From: an uncultured Acidobacteriota bacterium
Lineage (GTDB): Bacteria; Acidobacteriota; UBA6911
Assembly (NCBI GenBank): GCA_963827655.1
Contig: CAWHCF010000017.1
Span: 41,584 to 105,583, forward strand
Length of the DNA: 64,000 nt
Reading direction: 5' to 3'
In this document: one piece after another, positions 31,051 through 41,969 of the stretch
Numbering within the stretch: the first letter of the stretch is position 1
Layout: every line of letters starts with the position of its first letter
Made by a program: the position numbers and the translations under genes
Notes under the pieces: model-generated
Databases searched by the model: none
The model's input: the letters and a program-made list of their open reading frames with translations, nothing else
Told to the model about the DNA's origin: nothing

Positions 31051-31527
31051 ATGTCAGACGGAACGAAGGGCATGATGAAATGGCCGCTGATCATTGCGGC
31101 TGCGCTCGTGCTACTGCGCCTGGTACTCGAGCAGGCAGGCGCCCCTGAGACCGTCAACAACATCCTCGGCGTGTCATGGCTCTATTTCATCACACCGGTC
31201 TATTTCGCAAACCGTATTGTCGGAAGCGGCGACACGCGTCCCTTCAGGACTCTTTTTAAGACCCTCCTCGTGTACATCACTTACACGCGGTTGATGATCA
31301 TCCCTACCTACTGGCTGGCTTATATGCTTCAGTGGAAAGCGCCCCGCTTCGGGCTCCAGATGGGTGGGGTGGTCGGGGAAGGCATCAGCCCGGTCGAAGG
31401 TTACCTTTGGATTCCGGTCCGTAACGCGCTTGTCTGGATAGTGGGCGGGACCATCATCGGCATGATTATCGGCGGAGTGACCTTGCTGATTCGAAGACGC
31501 GGCGCGGGCGCTCCACGCACTGCATAG
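31051..31527 (+). CDS. Hypothetical membrane protein (about 4 TM helices)
   Basis: AGGAGG upstream of ATG 31051; four hydrophobic segments. Confidence 0.7.
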   Translation: MSDGTKGMMKWPLIIAAALVLLRLVLEQAGAPETVNNILGVSWLYFITPVYFANRIVGSGDTRPFRTLFKTLLVYITYTRLMIIPTYWLAYMLQWKAPRFGLQMGGVVGEGISPVEGYLWIPVRNALVWIVGGTIIGMIIGGVTLLIRRRGAGAPRTA

Positions 31528-31533
31528 TTGCTA

Positions 31534-31555
31534 AAATTAGGGACGTCCCTAATTT
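31534..31555. repeat. Perfect 22-bp palindrome just after a stop codon
   Basis: aaattagggacgtccctaattt equals its own reverse complement. Confidence 0.85.
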
Positions 31556-31802
31556 CCCACGGGTCTGGCGTTCTGCTCGGCGAGCCCTCATTCGTTGCGT
31601 CATTTCACGGCGGGCGCTCAAAAAGGAATCAAAGACCCTTCCGTCCAGGAGATACTGCTCTCCGGCTATCTTTTCGATTCGAGCAACTATCCTCATCGCC
31701 GCCGCCTCCGATATCAATAGAGTCTACGAATCAGAGGCCCTGTCTGGTTTTCAGTTTTTGGTTTATACTTGAAAACAACCTTGCCGCGTGAGGAGATCCA
31801 CG

Positions 31803-32339
31803 ATGAAGGTCAAGAGTCCTGCTACCCTCGAAGACCTGATGAAAATGCCCAAGGACGGCTACAAATACGAGCTGGTGGATGGATCAATTGTGGCCAGTCC
31901 CACCGGCATGTATCATTCCGAGGTTGGGGCGCGTATTTCCTATATACTCCAGAAATTCCTGGATCAGGAACCGCTGGGGCGGATCTACGGGAGCGACGTA
32001 GGGATCCAGCTGCCGGATGGGAATTTGCGTTCTCCAGATGCCTGTTTTGTCTCCGCAGCAAAACTCCCGGGAGGGAAATCCCCGGTTACCTTTGGTGAAC
32101 TGGTTCCGGACCTGGCGGTCGAGGTTCTGTCTCCCGGCGATAGCGCGCGCGAAGTTGCCGATAAAATCGGCGAGTATCTCGAGTGCGGCGTCCCGTTGGT
32201 CTGGCTGGTCGATCCCAAGGGGAAAACGGTTACCGTTTACCGGACACTGACCGATGCGCGGCGCCTGAGCTCCGAAGAGATTCTCTCGGCCGAGCCGGTT
32301 CTGCCGGGCTTCTCGTGCCGGGTCTCGCAGTTCTTCTAG
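31803..32339 (+). CDS. Uma2 family endonuclease
   Basis: YELVDG, RSPDACFV, PDLAVEVLSP, Y...GVPLVWLVDP and VLPGF. Confidence 0.93.
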   Translation: MKVKSPATLEDLMKMPKDGYKYELVDGSIVASPTGMYHSEVGARISYILQKFLDQEPLGRIYGSDVGIQLPDGNLRSPDACFVSAAKLPGGKSPVTFGELVPDLAVEVLSPGDSAREVADKIGEYLECGVPLVWLVDPKGKTVTVYRTLTDARRLSSEEILSAEPVLPGFSCRVSQFF

Positions 32340-32402
32340 CAACCCGGCTTCCCGGTTCTTGGTTTCGAGCCTTGGTGGTTAGCGTCCAGGAATTTCATTG
32401 CC

Positions 32403-33765
32403 TCAGTCCACCGGCTTTACCTCTTCCATCAGCGTGAAGAAGCCTTCGGCCAGCGTTGGGTGAATGTAGACCGCGCCCTTCAGCAGCGTGTAGGGGAGGT
32501 CGGCCAGCATCAGAGTGCCCAGCATCTGAACCAGCTCTCCACCCTCGGTAGATAGGATTGCGGCGCCTAGTATGCGGTCGTTAGAGGCATCGACGACCAG
32601 CTTCATCAGACCTGCAGTCTCGTCGCGTTCGATCGCCCGCGCGACCCGGCTCATCGGGATTTTCCCCACCTTGACTCGAAATCCTCTGTTCTCGGGCCTC
32701 CTTTTCACCGATGCCGACACGACCGAGCTGTGGATCCGTGAAAACCGAGTAAGGAACGATGCGGTGGTCGATAGTCAGATTCTTGTTCTCGATCAGGTTG
32801 GCGTAAATGATCTGGTAGTCGTTGTAGGATATGTGAGTGAAGGCCGGTCCCCCTTTAACGTCGCCCAATGCCCAGATACCCGGAACGTTGGTTTCCAGCC
32901 GGCCGTTTACTTTGACAAAACCACGGCTATCCGCTTCCACTCCGGCTTTCTCGAGACCCAGGTCTCGAGTGCTGGGGACTCGCCCGGTGGCGATGAGCAG
33001 GTGAGAACCCGAATGCGTCGAGGAGCCTTCCACATCGAGAAGGATGCGGCCGTTTTTTCGGTGGACGCGCGATGTTCGCGCATTCAGAACGAAGCGGACA
33101 CCTTCCGCCTCCAGAGCCTTCTGAAGTTCGGCGGCAACGTCAGGATCCTCACGCGACAGCACTTGATCATGAGCGTGGACGATGGTGACCTCGCTGCCGT
33201 AGCGACGAAACATCTGGCCGAACTCGAGACCGATGTAGCCTCCGCCGAGGATGAGCAGGTGTTCGGGGAGTTGGCGCAGCTCCATCAGGGTGGCATTGGT
33301 CAGGTAATTGATCGCGTCCAGTCCTTCGATCTTTGGAATGGCGGGATGAGTTCCTGTGTTTATGAAGATTCGTTCGCTCTCGAGTGTTTTATCGCCGACC
33401 GTGACGGCGCGCGGACCTGAAAAGCGGGCCTGCCCCCGGTAGAGGTGGAGGTTCGGACGGCTGCTCACGCCGCGCTCAAGGCCGGCGCGGAAACTCTGCA
33501 CGACCTTGTCTTTCTGTGCCACAATTTCGGCCAGGTCGACGCTCACTTCGCCGGCGCGGATACCCCACCGGGCGGCGTTGCGCGCGTAATGAGCTATCTG
33601 GGCGCGCGCGACCATGGTTTTGGTCGGCGTGCAGCCGGTGTTGACGCACGATCCTCCTAAATGTTCTTTCTCGATCAGGGCCACGGACCACCCCTGATCG
33701 GCCAGTTTCTGCGCCAGCGGGTTGCCTCCCTGGCCGGAGCCGATTACGATCGCATCGTGTCTCAT
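32403..33765 (-). CDS. FAD-dependent pyridine nucleotide-disulfide oxidoreductase (MerA/RclA-like core; one +1 frameshift near 32688)
   Basis: GSGQGG, GGSCVNTGCTPTK, GGGYIGLE, FTH, VFTDP and IHPTLAE. It has no C-terminal Cys pair. Confidence 0.88.
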
Positions 33766-33961
33766 GGGATTCCTCCACGCCTCAGCTTAACGCCTTTGTC
33801 CCTTTGTGGTAATAGAAAGAACAAAATACACCTGGAATCCGTAGAGACGCTCGTAGGAATCTTGGTTGAAACCTTTATCCTGATAGCGCCACTTACCTAG
33901 CGTGATTTTCCACGCAACAGCATCGTAATCGAGCTGTGCCGTGAAAGGAGCATGAAGTTGT

Positions 33962-34705
33962 ATGAGGAGAATTCTGGCTGTTCTTGCTGTAACGCCGTTC
34001 GTCATGGCGCTGACGGTGGCAGATCCGCTCATCGCTCAAGACTTTCAAAAAGCTTACTCAATCAGCGCGGGCGGGCAGATCCGGATTGCGACGGTCTCGG
34101 GTAACGTTGCGGTGGCCGGCTATAACGGCGATACGATTCTGGTTCACGGTTACAAGGAAGGGCGCGATCGTGACCAGGTTCAGATTGAAGATACCAGCGC
34201 CGGCGACCGAGTCGACCTGCGGGTACGATATCCGGAGTCGTGCAACTGTGACGCGAGCGTTCGGTTTGATGTCCGCGTGCCGCGCGCCGTCACCTACAAT
34301 TTCGAACGCATTTCGTCGGTAAGCGGTAATGTTCTTGTAGAGGACATCACAGGGCGCCTGAAGGCGGAGGCCGTAAGCGGCAACGTCGATGTCAAGGATG
34401 TCTCCGGTCTGGTCAGCGCATCGGCCGTCAGCGGAAACGTCACCGTCGAAATCAGGAGTCTCGAAGGCGCGGGAGACATGAAATTCTCGGCGGTCAGCGG
34501 CAATGTCACTGTCAAGGCTCCGGCAAATCTGGACGCCGACATTGAAATGTCGAGCGTGAGCGGTTCGCTCAAGACCGATTTTCCAATTGAGGTGCAGGAA
34601 CGTCGCTATGGCCCGGGCCGGTCCGCGCGCGGCCGGTTGGGAGCCGGGTCACGCAATCTGCGGATAAGCAGCGTTTCGGGGCGCGTGAGCCTGACGCGCA
34701 CGTGA
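33962..34705 (+). CDS. DUF4097 beta-strand repeat protein
   Basis: Signal peptide and repeated (T/S/A)VSGNV units. Confidence 0.88.
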   Translation: MRRILAVLAVTPFVMALTVADPLIAQDFQKAYSISAGGQIRIATVSGNVAVAGYNGDTILVHGYKEGRDRDQVQIEDTSAGDRVDLRVRYPESCNCDASVRFDVRVPRAVTYNFERISSVSGNVLVEDITGRLKAEAVSGNVDVKDVSGLVSASAVSGNVTVEIRSLEGAGDMKFSAVSGNVTVKAPANLDADIEMSSVSGSLKTDFPIEVQERRYGPGRSARGRLGAGSRNLRISSVSGRVSLTRT

Positions 34706-34729
34706 TGGAACCTTGGTAATCTTGGCGTT

Positions 34730-35392
34730 TTGACGGTGAGAAAAGCCGGGGACATCCGGAGGAATAGATTGGCGGAAGCGCGACTGCTACAGAGTTCTGC
34801 GGCGTGGGGAAGGGAAGAGGCGGAAAATATCGTGGCCCGTGCCCGTGACGGCGACGAGGAAGCCTTCCTCGCGATTTTTAACCGCTACGCGAAACCGGTC
34901 CAAGCCTTCATCTTCAATCTTCTAGGGGATCGCGGGCGAGCCGAGGAATTGACGCAGGAGACGTTTTATCGTGCTTTCCGCAGGCTCGAAAGCATGCGGG
35001 CCGAGACGGAGCTGTCAACCTGGCTTTTCGGCATCGCACGCAATGTTGTGCGCGAGTCGATCAAGGGCAAGTACAGAGAACAACGCCGGAGCTCCCCGCA
35101 AGACCCTGCAGGTCTGAACCTGGAGGATCAGCGACTCGGGGCGGACCAGCTCTTGATATCGAGCGAGTTTCAGCAGGCGATCGGGCGAGCGCTGGACTCC
35201 CTCAGCCTGGACCATCGGCTGGTTTTCGTGTTGAAGGCGTTTCATAGCATGAGCTATCAGGAAATCTCCCGGATCACCGGTTGCTCCATCGGTAAGCTCA
35301 AGACGGACCTGCGCCGGGCCAGGCAGGAGATCAGGCGCAGGCTGCGTCCGTATTTGCGAGATCCGGGAGTGAAATCGCGAGGTGAACCGTGA
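34730..35392 (+). CDS. ECF RNA polymerase sigma factor
   Basis: AEELTQETF, STWLFGIARN and MSYQEIS...IGKLKTDLRRAR. The start is uncertain. Confidence 0.9.
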   Translation: MTVRKAGDIRRNRLAEARLLQSSAAWGREEAENIVARARDGDEEAFLAIFNRYAKPVQAFIFNLLGDRGRAEELTQETFYRAFRRLESMRAETELSTWLFGIARNVVRESIKGKYREQRRSSPQDPAGLNLEDQRLGADQLLISSEFQQAIGRALDSLSLDHRLVFVLKAFHSMSYQEISRITGCSIGKLKTDLRRARQEIRRRLRPYLRDPGVKSRGEP

Positions 35393-36156
35393 AATGCGCG
35401 AGAGTCTTGGAACTCATTGAGGACTACCATTACGGGGAGTTGGACCGTCGGGCGGCGGACCGGTTGGAGTCTCATCTGCGCCATTGTGGTGAGTGCTCGA
35501 AAGCCGTCGAGTCTTTGGAAGAGGAGAGCAGGCTCTTTCGCGCCTACGCCAGGGACATCGAGCAGGCTCAACTGAAGCCTGCGGTGTGGGAGGCCGTGCG
35601 CCGCCGGATCAGGGACCTTCCTCGATCGCGATCCGGGTGGCGTGGTCTCATCCACCGATACTCGGACGTAGCGGCACAACCGCGGAGTGGTTTGGTTCTG
35701 GCCTGCACAGCTGCAGTCGTCATTCTGCTGGTCTCGGTTGCCGTGGGGTATCGATACCTCGACCCGAAGCCTTTGGGGCGAGGCGCGGCTGAAGGACAAG
35801 GAATCAGCCCGGGATCACAGGATCCTGGAGGCGGGCTTTCCAGAGATGGCGCGGCTCGTGGAGGCGATTCCGCCCAGCACAGGAGCAGCATTCAGTTTGC
35901 CGAGTGGTCGATTCGCAGAGCAGAAGAGCAATACATTGAAGCGATCGAGGTTCTGAGCGCGGCGTTCAGCGAGCGGAAGGACAGTATCGATCCTCAGGTA
36001 GTTGCCTCATTTGAGCGCGATGTGAAGGCCATCGATCGAAACATCGCTGCCAGCCGGAAAGCATACCGGGCCCGCCCCCGCGACTTCGATCTTGGGCAGT
36101 ACATGCTCACCGCCTATGCCCGAAAGCTGGAGATGCTGCAAACGCTGGGGTCATAG
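35389..36156 (+). CDS. Anti-sigma factor (zf-HC2 with TM helix)
   Basis: HLRHCGEC and a single TM helix; overlaps the sigma stop codon (GTGA). Confidence 0.85.
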   Translation: MKCARVLELIEDYHYGELDRRAADRLESHLRHCGECSKAVESLEEESRLFRAYARDIEQAQLKPAVWEAVRRRIRDLPRSRSGWRGLIHRYSDVAAQPRSGLVLACTAAVVILLVSVAVGYRYLDPKPLGRGAAEGQGISPGSQDPGGGLSRDGAARGGDSAQHRSSIQFAEWSIRRAEEQYIEAIEVLSAAFSERKDSIDPQVVASFERDVKAIDRNIAASRKAYRARPRDFDLGQYMLTAYARKLEMLQTLGS

Positions 36157-36335
36157 AATCCTTCTGGTCTCGGCCTCGTCATGACGAACGACCGGAACAG
36201 AATTCGCCGCTGAAAACGGGGACAGCCAAGGTGTTCCCCGAAAGAAGTTCCTGTATTTCCCATTAGGATAATTTTGGGTGGCAACAAAGGGCGTCCTTAG
36301 TCTGCCGAATCGCGCCAGGTGCTCCAGAACCGCCT

Positions 36336-36364
36336 TTGAAACGGCCTGACCTACGTGCTAATCT
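36336..36364 (+). promoter_or_regulatory. Candidate sigma70 promoter upstream of tRNA-Lys
   Basis: TTGAAA-N17-TAATCT with an extended -10 TG (tgctaatct). Confidence 0.55.
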
Positions 36365-36515
36365 TCCCGTCGTTACGCCGCACATGTTGCGGCAAGAGGT
36401 CGCGGCAGGCTCGAACAGACGGCAGGGAGTTGAACTACTCGCACGAAGGATTCCCCTGCAGGAACCGCCGACGCCGAGCAGCGCGATGGCGGTGAATAGA
36501 GCTTGTCAATAGGAT

Positions 36516-36591
36516 GGGCCGTTAGCTCAGTCGGTAGAGCATCTGCCTTTTAAGCAGAGGGTCGCTGGTTCGAGTCCAGCACGGCTCACCA
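36516..36591 (+). tRNA. tRNA-Lys(TTT)
   Basis: 76-nt cloverleaf; anticodon arm tctgc-ctTTTaa-gcaga, GGTTCGAGTCC T arm and encoded CCA. Confidence 0.97.
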
Positions 36592-36778
36592 GTTTTTTCA
36601 ATGGTCACCAACAGTAAACTGCGGAAGCACCGCTGCACCCAGACTTGCTTCCTGACAGGCGTCGGACCCTTCAGCCATTACTCTTTTCGGTAATTCTTCG
36701 ATTCCAAGTGCACGAAGCCCCAGGGTAATAGACTTTTGGCGACGGACAGGGATCGCCTGAACGGTGAAATGAACCACC

Positions 36779-38206
36779 TCACGCGAGGAGCTTCTTCACC
36801 ACGTTCCCCGAGACGTCCGTCAGGCGATAGTCGCGGCCGAGGAACCGGAAGGTAAGCCTGGTGTGGTCGATGCCCATCAGGTGAAGGACCGTAGCGTGGA
36901 GGTCGTGGACCGGCACCGGCTCCTCCACCACCCGGTAGCCGAACTCGTCGGTCCTTCCGATAACCTGGCCGGGCCGGATGCCGCCGCCGGCGACCCACAT
37001 CGTGAAGGCGTGCGGGTGGTGGTCGCGGCCGAGGAACTTCGATCCGCTCCGCTCCTCGTTCATGGGGGTGCGCCCGAACTCACCGCCCCAGACTACCAGG
37101 GTCGAGTCGAGCAGCCCGCGATCCTTCAGGTCACGCAGCAGTGCGGCCGATGCCTGATCGGTTTCGCGGCAAAGGCGCGGCAGCCCGATGTCCTTGATGT
37201 CGGAATCCGCGCTCGTGCCGTGGTGGTCCCAGCCATTGTGAAAGAGCTGCACGAAACGGACCCCGCGTTCGACCAGCCTGCGCGCCAGCAGACAGTTGTT
37301 GGCGAAGGAGGCTTTTCCCGGCTCGGTTCCGTAGAGCTCGTGGATCCGCGCCGGCTCGCGGCTGATATCCATGAGCTCAGGTACACTCGTCTGCATCCGG
37401 TAAGCCAGCTCGTAGGATGCAATCCGAGCGGCCGTCTCCGGGTCGCCAACGTCCAGGAAGTGGCGGCGGTTGATTGCGACGATCGAGTCGATGGTGCGCC
37501 GGCGCGCTTCCGTGGTCACTCCCGGTGGGTTGGAAAGGTAGAGCACCGGGTCGCCGGAGTTGCGGAACTCGACCCCCTGGAACGTCGTAGGCAGAAATCC
37601 ATTCCCCCAGCAGGATTTTCCTCCCTCGGGGTTGTTCCTGCCCGAAAGCAGCACGACAAATCCCGGCAGGTCGCGGTTCTCGCTTCCGAGCCCGTAGCTC
37701 AGCCACGCTCCCATGCTCGGCCTTCCCACGATCTGATGCCCGGAGCTCATGAAGATCTGGGCCGGCGCGTGGTTGAACTGCGTCGTCTGCATCGAGCGTA
37801 CGACGGCGATGTCGTCGGCCACCGAGCCGAGGTGGGGAAGCAGCGACGACAGCTCGAGGCCCGAGCGGCCGTGGCGCTCGAAATCGTGCGGAGACCCGAG
37901 AAGGCGCGGCACGCCCTTGATGAAGGCGAAGCGCTCGCCCTGGAGCAGGCTCTCCGGGCAGGGCTGGCCGTTCAGCTCACGCAGCTTCGGCTTGGAATCG
38001 AACAGGTCGACCGACGAGGGTCCCCCGGCCATGAACAGGTAGATGATGCGCTTCGCCCTGGGCGGGAAATGCGGAGCCGGCCTTGCGCCGTCCCCGGCGT
38101 AGCCGACGAGCTCCGTCAGCGCGAGCGCGCCGATACCGAATCCGGCATCTCGGAAGAAGTGCCGGCGTGTGATCTGCTTCACGGCCTCGTCGGTCTGAAT
38201 ACGCAT
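36779..38206 (-). CDS. DUF1501 domain protein
   Basis: [53 protein letters not shown] and GRDHHP. ATG overlaps the upstream stop. Confidence 0.93.
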   Translation of the reverse strand: MRIQTDEAVKQITRRHFFRDAGFGIGALALTELVGYAGDGARPAPHFPPRAKRIIYLFMAGGPSSVDLFDSKPKLRELNGQPCPESLLQGERFAFIKGVPRLLGSPHDFERHGRSGLELSSLLPHLGSVADDIAVVRSMQTTQFNHAPAQIFMSSGHQIVGRPSMGAWLSYGLGSENRDLPGFVVLLSGRNNPEGGKSCWGNGFLPTTFQGVEFRNSGDPVLYLSNPPGVTTEARRRTIDSIVAINRRHFLDVGDPETAARIASYELAYRMQTSVPELMDISREPARIHELYGTEPGKASFANNCLLARRLVERGVRFVQLFHNGWDHHGTSADSDIKDIGLPRLCRETDQASAALLRDLKDRGLLDSTLVVWGGEFGRTPMNEERSGSKFLGRDHHPHAFTMWVAGGGIRPGQVIGRTDEFGYRVVEEPVPVHDLHATVLHLMGIDHTRLTFRFLGRDYRLTDVSGNVVKKLLA

Positions 38207-38207
38207 C

Positions 38208-41200
38208 TCACTCCTTAGTCTGGGTCTCGTCGAGATTGAGCAGCACGTTCGCCACCATGGTCCAGGCCGCCAGCTCATTACGCTCCGCGTCCGAGGAGGG
38301 CGCGGAGGCGAGCCCTTCGAGCACCGAGTCCGCCGCTCTTTCCCTGGCGAACCGCGCCTTCTCGCTCTCGTAGAGTGCGACAAGGTCGTCGAGGTCCAGG
38401 GCCGAGGGGCGTCGCGCCGTGGTAATGCGGAATCCGTACGCGGCGCGCGAGCGCGGGTCGTTCCCGCCTTCCCTCATCATCCGGTCGGCGAGCGACTGGG
38501 CGGCCTCGAAGAACGCCGGATCGTTGAGCAGGTTGAGCGCCTGAAGCGGCGTGTTCGTTCGGACCCGCCGGACCGTGCAGACTTCGCGGCTCGTGGCGTC
38601 GAAGGTCATCATCATCGGGTAGGGCGCCGACCGTCTCAGGAAAGTGTAGATCGTTCGCCGGTGACGGTTCTCTCCGGTCGAGGTCGTCCATTTCAGACTG
38701 CTGCGAGAAACGTTCCAGATTCCATTCGGCTGCACCGGGAAGACGCTGGGCCCGCCGATCCTGGGCGAGAGGAGTCCACCGGCGGCGAGGGCTACGTCGC
38801 GGATCATCTCCGCCTCGAGCCTGAACCGCGGTCCGCGCGCGAGCAACCGGTTGTCGGGATCCTTCTCGAGCAGGCTGGACGGCGCGCGGGACGACTGCCG
38901 GTACGCGGCCGAGGTCACAATGAGGCGGTGCAGCCTCTTCATGCTCCAGCCCTGCTCGATGAATTCGGTGGCGAGCCAGTCGAGCAGCTCCGGATGCGTG
39001 GGGGCGGCGCCCTGCGTGCCGAAGTCCTCGCTGGTCTCGACGATCCCGCGGCCGAAGAACTGTTCCCAGAAGCGATTCACGGCGACTCGCGCGGTGAGCG
39101 GGTTATCCGGGTCAACGAGCCAGCGGGCCAGCTCGAGCCGGCTCGCCGGCTGGTTCTTGCCGAGCGATTGGAGCGCCGCCGGAACCCGCGCCTGAACGCG
39201 CTCGCCAGGGCTCGTGAAGGCGCCGCGCACGCGCAGAGGCGTCGATGGAGGTTCAGAAGCGGGTTTCTCCTGCATCACGATCGCGGTCGGAATACCGAGC
39301 GCGTCGATCTTCTTCTTCAGCTGCGCGATTTCGGTGCGAACCGGAGCGAGCAGCGGCGCGATCGTCCGGTAGTACGTTTCGAGCTCGCGGCGTCCTTCCT
39401 GACGCCTGTCCCCATCCTTGGCCAGGAGAACCGCCCGCACGCCCGCCGGCAGATCGAGCGTGCGCGCCGCGTCAGACACCGGCGAGGTCGACAGGCGGAA
39501 ACGACCGATTCCGTGCTGCGGGTGAACGGTCTTGTACTGCAAGTCGATCCTGAGCACGGTCCCGCGCTCGCTGTGAACCGGCTCCTTGAATGTGAAGATG
39601 GCGGTCGGCTCCTTTCGTCCTGTCACGGACCACCCGGTGCCATTCTTTCCGTCGATCGCCTCTGCTATCGTCCAGCCGGTCACGGACGAGTCGGCGGCCG
39701 CTTTTTCAATCGCCACGGGTGCGAAATCCTTCGCGTCCTTCCGGCGCACCGACAGCTTGAACTCTGACAGCGCGAAGTCGCCGTTAGGCCCGCGGCCGGG
39801 CCCCGATGACGGCAGGCTCGGATCGGGCAGCAGTTCCAGTCGGAGCGCGGTTGCCCGCGGTCCGGGGACCTTGGTCATGAGCGTGTAGCTGTCATTGATG
39901 GGGTTCGGGCCCGACACGAGGAGCGACTTGTCGGGCTGACGCCGGAGGCGGGCGCCGCTCTCGGCGTCGGCTTCGCGCGACTTCAAGGGTTTCCAGCTAC
40001 CCAGGAGCGCCCTCGTTTCTGACACCCAGCGCGCGCGCGCCGCGGCGAGCTCCGTGGTGTCGGTCTCGAGGATCTTGACTCGCTCGGCGATCTCGGCCTC
40101 GAGAGCACGAAGGCTCGCCTCCTGTTCGGGGCTGGGCACCGAGATCTTCGGGTCATGCCTCACGGCGTTCGCGCCCGCGCGGCGGTCGACATCCACGACG
40201 CCGTTGTCGAAGAAGGCGAGCATCCCGTAGTAATCCCGTTGTGAGAAGGGGTCGTACTTGTGATTGTGGCATTGAGCGCAGCCGAGCGTGGAACCGAGCC
40301 AAACCGTGGCTGTCGTGTTCGCGCGGTCGACCAGGACCTCGAAGCGGGCTTCCTCTCCATCGACACCCCCCTCCTCGTTGAGCATGGTGTTGGCATGAAA
40401 GCCCGAGGCGATGCGCTGCGCGACGGACGCATCGGGGAGCATGTCGCCGGCGATTTGCTCGATCGTGAATTGGTCGAAGGGAAGGTCGCGGTTGAAGGCT
40501 TCGATGACCCAGTCGCGGTACTTCCACATGACCCGAGGCCTGTCTTCGTCGTAGCCGTTCGAGTCGGCATAGCGGGCGAGGTCGAGCCAGGGCCGCGCCC
40601 AGCGCTCCCCGTAACGAGGCGAGGCGAGGAGCCGATCGACCATTCTCTCATAGGCATTCGGGGCGGTGTCCGACAGGAAGAGGTCGAGCTCGGCGATCGT
40701 TGGGGGAAGTCCGGTGAGGTCGAGGGTGACGCGGCGCAGGAGCGTCTCTCGACTCGCCTCCGGCGCCGGCGCCAGGCCCTCCTTCTCGAGGCGCGCGAGC
40801 ACGAACGTGTCGATGGGGTTACGGACCCATCCCTCGTTCTTTACCTTCGGGAGCGCCTGCCGACGAGGCTTGACATACGCCCAGTGTTTCTCGGCCTTTG
40901 CCTCCGCGTTCGCGGCCGAATCGGGCCACGTCGCACCCTCGTCGATCCAGCGGCGGATGAGGTCGATTTGCGCTCCGGGCAGGGGCTCCCCCCTGAACGG
41001 CATCCGTTCGTCGGGATTCTGGTTGGTCAGCCGTTTGATGATTTCGCTGCGCTCGCTCATGCCCGGCAGGATCACAGGCCCGGACACGCCTCCCTTCATG
41101 GCCAAAGCCCGGGCGTCGAGCCGGAGCATCCCCATTTGAATCTTCGGGCCGTGGCACGGGTAGCACGATGTCTGGAGAATCGGCTGTATGTCGCGTGCGA

Positions 41201-41297
41201 AGTCCGCTCGGTCCTGGATTGTCGACCAGGCCGCGACAGGGACCGACAGCAAAACTGCCGCGAAGAGCAGATGGATCGATTTCGAGCGCGAGCGCAT
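38208..41297 (-). CDS. Planctomycete cytochrome c / DUF1549 (PSCyt2) / DUF1553 (PSD1) protein
   Basis: [53 protein letters not shown] and NTPLQAL. Confidence 0.93.
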   Translation of the reverse strand: MRSRSKSIHLLFAAVLLSVPVAAWSTIQDRADFARDIQPILQTSCYPCHGPKIQMGMLRLDARALAMKGGVSGPVILPGMSERSEIIKRLTNQNPDERMPFRGEPLPGAQIDLIRRWIDEGATWPDSAANAEAKAEKHWAYVKPRRQALPKVKNEGWVRNPIDTFVLARLEKEGLAPAPEASRETLLRRVTLDLTGLPPTIAELDLFLSDTAPNAYERMVDRLLASPRYGERWARPWLDLARYADSNGYDEDRPRVMWKYRDWVIEAFNRDLPFDQFTIEQIAGDMLPDASVAQRIASGFHANTMLNEEGGVDGEEARFEVLVDRANTTATVWLGSTLGCAQCHNHKYDPFSQRDYYGMLAFFDNGVVDVDRRAGANAVRHDPKISVPSPEQEASLRALEAEIAERVKILETDTTELAAARARWVSETRALLGSWKPLKSREADAESGARLRRQPDKSLLVSGPNPINDSYTLMTKVPGPRATALRLELLPDPSLPSSGPGRGPNGDFALSEFKLSVRRKDAKDFAPVAIEKAAADSSVTGWTIAEAIDGKNGTGWSVTGRKEPTAIFTFKEPVHSERGTVLRIDLQYKTVHPQHGIGRFRLSTSPVSDAARTLDLPAGVRAVLLAKDGDRRQEGRRELETYYRTIAPLLAPVRTEIAQLKKKIDALGIPTAIVMQEKPASEPPSTPLRVRGAFTSPGERVQARVPAALQSLGKNQPASRLELARWLVDPDNPLTARVAVNRFWEQFFGRGIVETSEDFGTQGAAPTHPELLDWLATEFIEQGWSMKRLHRLIVTSAAYRQSSRAPSSLLEKDPDNRLLARGPRFRLEAEMIRDVALAAGGLLSPRIGGPSVFPVQPNGIWNVSRSSLKWTTSTGENRHRRTIYTFLRRSAPYPMMMTFDATSREVCTVRRVRTNTPLQALNLLNDPAFFEAAQSLADRMMREGGNDPRSRAAYGFRITTARRPSALDLDDLVALYESEKARFARERAADSVLEGLASAPSSDAERNELAAWTMVANVLLNLDETQTKE

Positions 41298-41784
41298 GCC
41301 TGAACCTCAGTGAGACTGACCCGTAGCATTATAGATTGGTTCTCGACAACACGCCACCCAGCGGCATGCGATTCACGGTGCTTCCGTCATCAATTGTTGG
41401 TATGCCGCCAGACGCATCCGCGTCTCAAAGACAATGACGAAGGCGGGTGCTTGTCCGAACGCGACTCTCTTTGATGTCCAGAGAACCATCGGCAACGGGA
41501 AGCTCTCCCTTAACGCCAGCCGTATCAACGATATGTACCGCGTGTACAGCCGCAGAATCCTTGACTTTTTCCGAGCAGTTGGAGCTGTGAAGACATCTCT
41601 TCCCGCCGCATTGATGCTGTTGAGAGTTTTTGTGACGTTCTCTGTGGCGTAACTCTGGTTAGACTACCCAGTGTAACGCACTGAAACACAGTGATACAGA
41701 TTTACGACGATAGTGCTGAAACCCGTGTCAGTCGCGGGTTCCGGCACCATCGGTTACGCTTAGTAGCGCGTCACTTTTAGAACT

Positions 41785-41829
41785 TTTTAAGCAGAGAGTC
41801 GCTGGTTCGAGTCCAGCACGGCTCACCAG
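41785..41829 (+). repeat. Duplicated 3' half of tRNA-Lys (att site)
   Basis: 44/45 identical to 36548-36592; lacks the 5' half of the tRNA. Confidence 0.92.
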
Positions 41830-41969
41830 CCTTCATTCGGGGTTTCGCCTTCCGCAGCTAGCGCAAGGACGCACGCCGGAAATGGAACAGGCTGGGCGAT
41901 CAACTTCGCTGAAAGAATCGTCCCACCATCCCCATGACGTCACGATGCGAACGGAACGGCCAGCGCCCG

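Larger units (their letters stand above)
36548..41829. mobile_element. Genomic islet at tRNA-Lys bounded by a 45-bp direct repeat; no intact integrase
   Basis: ttttaagcagag(g/a)gtcgctggttcgagtccagcacggctcaccag at 36548-36592 and 41785-41829. The cargo looks more GC-rich than the backbone. Confidence 0.85.

Noticed and set aside
32403-33765. Mercuric reductase merA
   Set aside because: It has no NmerA domain, no C-terminal Cys-Cys pair and no mer operon; it is a generic MerA-like disulfide reductase.
36863-41303. Long plus-strand ORFs (451, 368 and 347 aa) opposite the DUF1501 and DUF1553 genes; similar ones occur at 56802-57929 and 61510-62826
   Set aside because: These are antisense shadows expected from high-GC codon bias, with no recognisable motifs.
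41434-41652. Functional integrase for the tRNA-Lys islet
   Set aside because: It is only 72 codons with at best faint similarity and lacks the catalytic R-H-R-Y set.
41785-41829. A second tRNA-Lys gene
   Set aside because: Only the 3' half is present; it is an att duplication.
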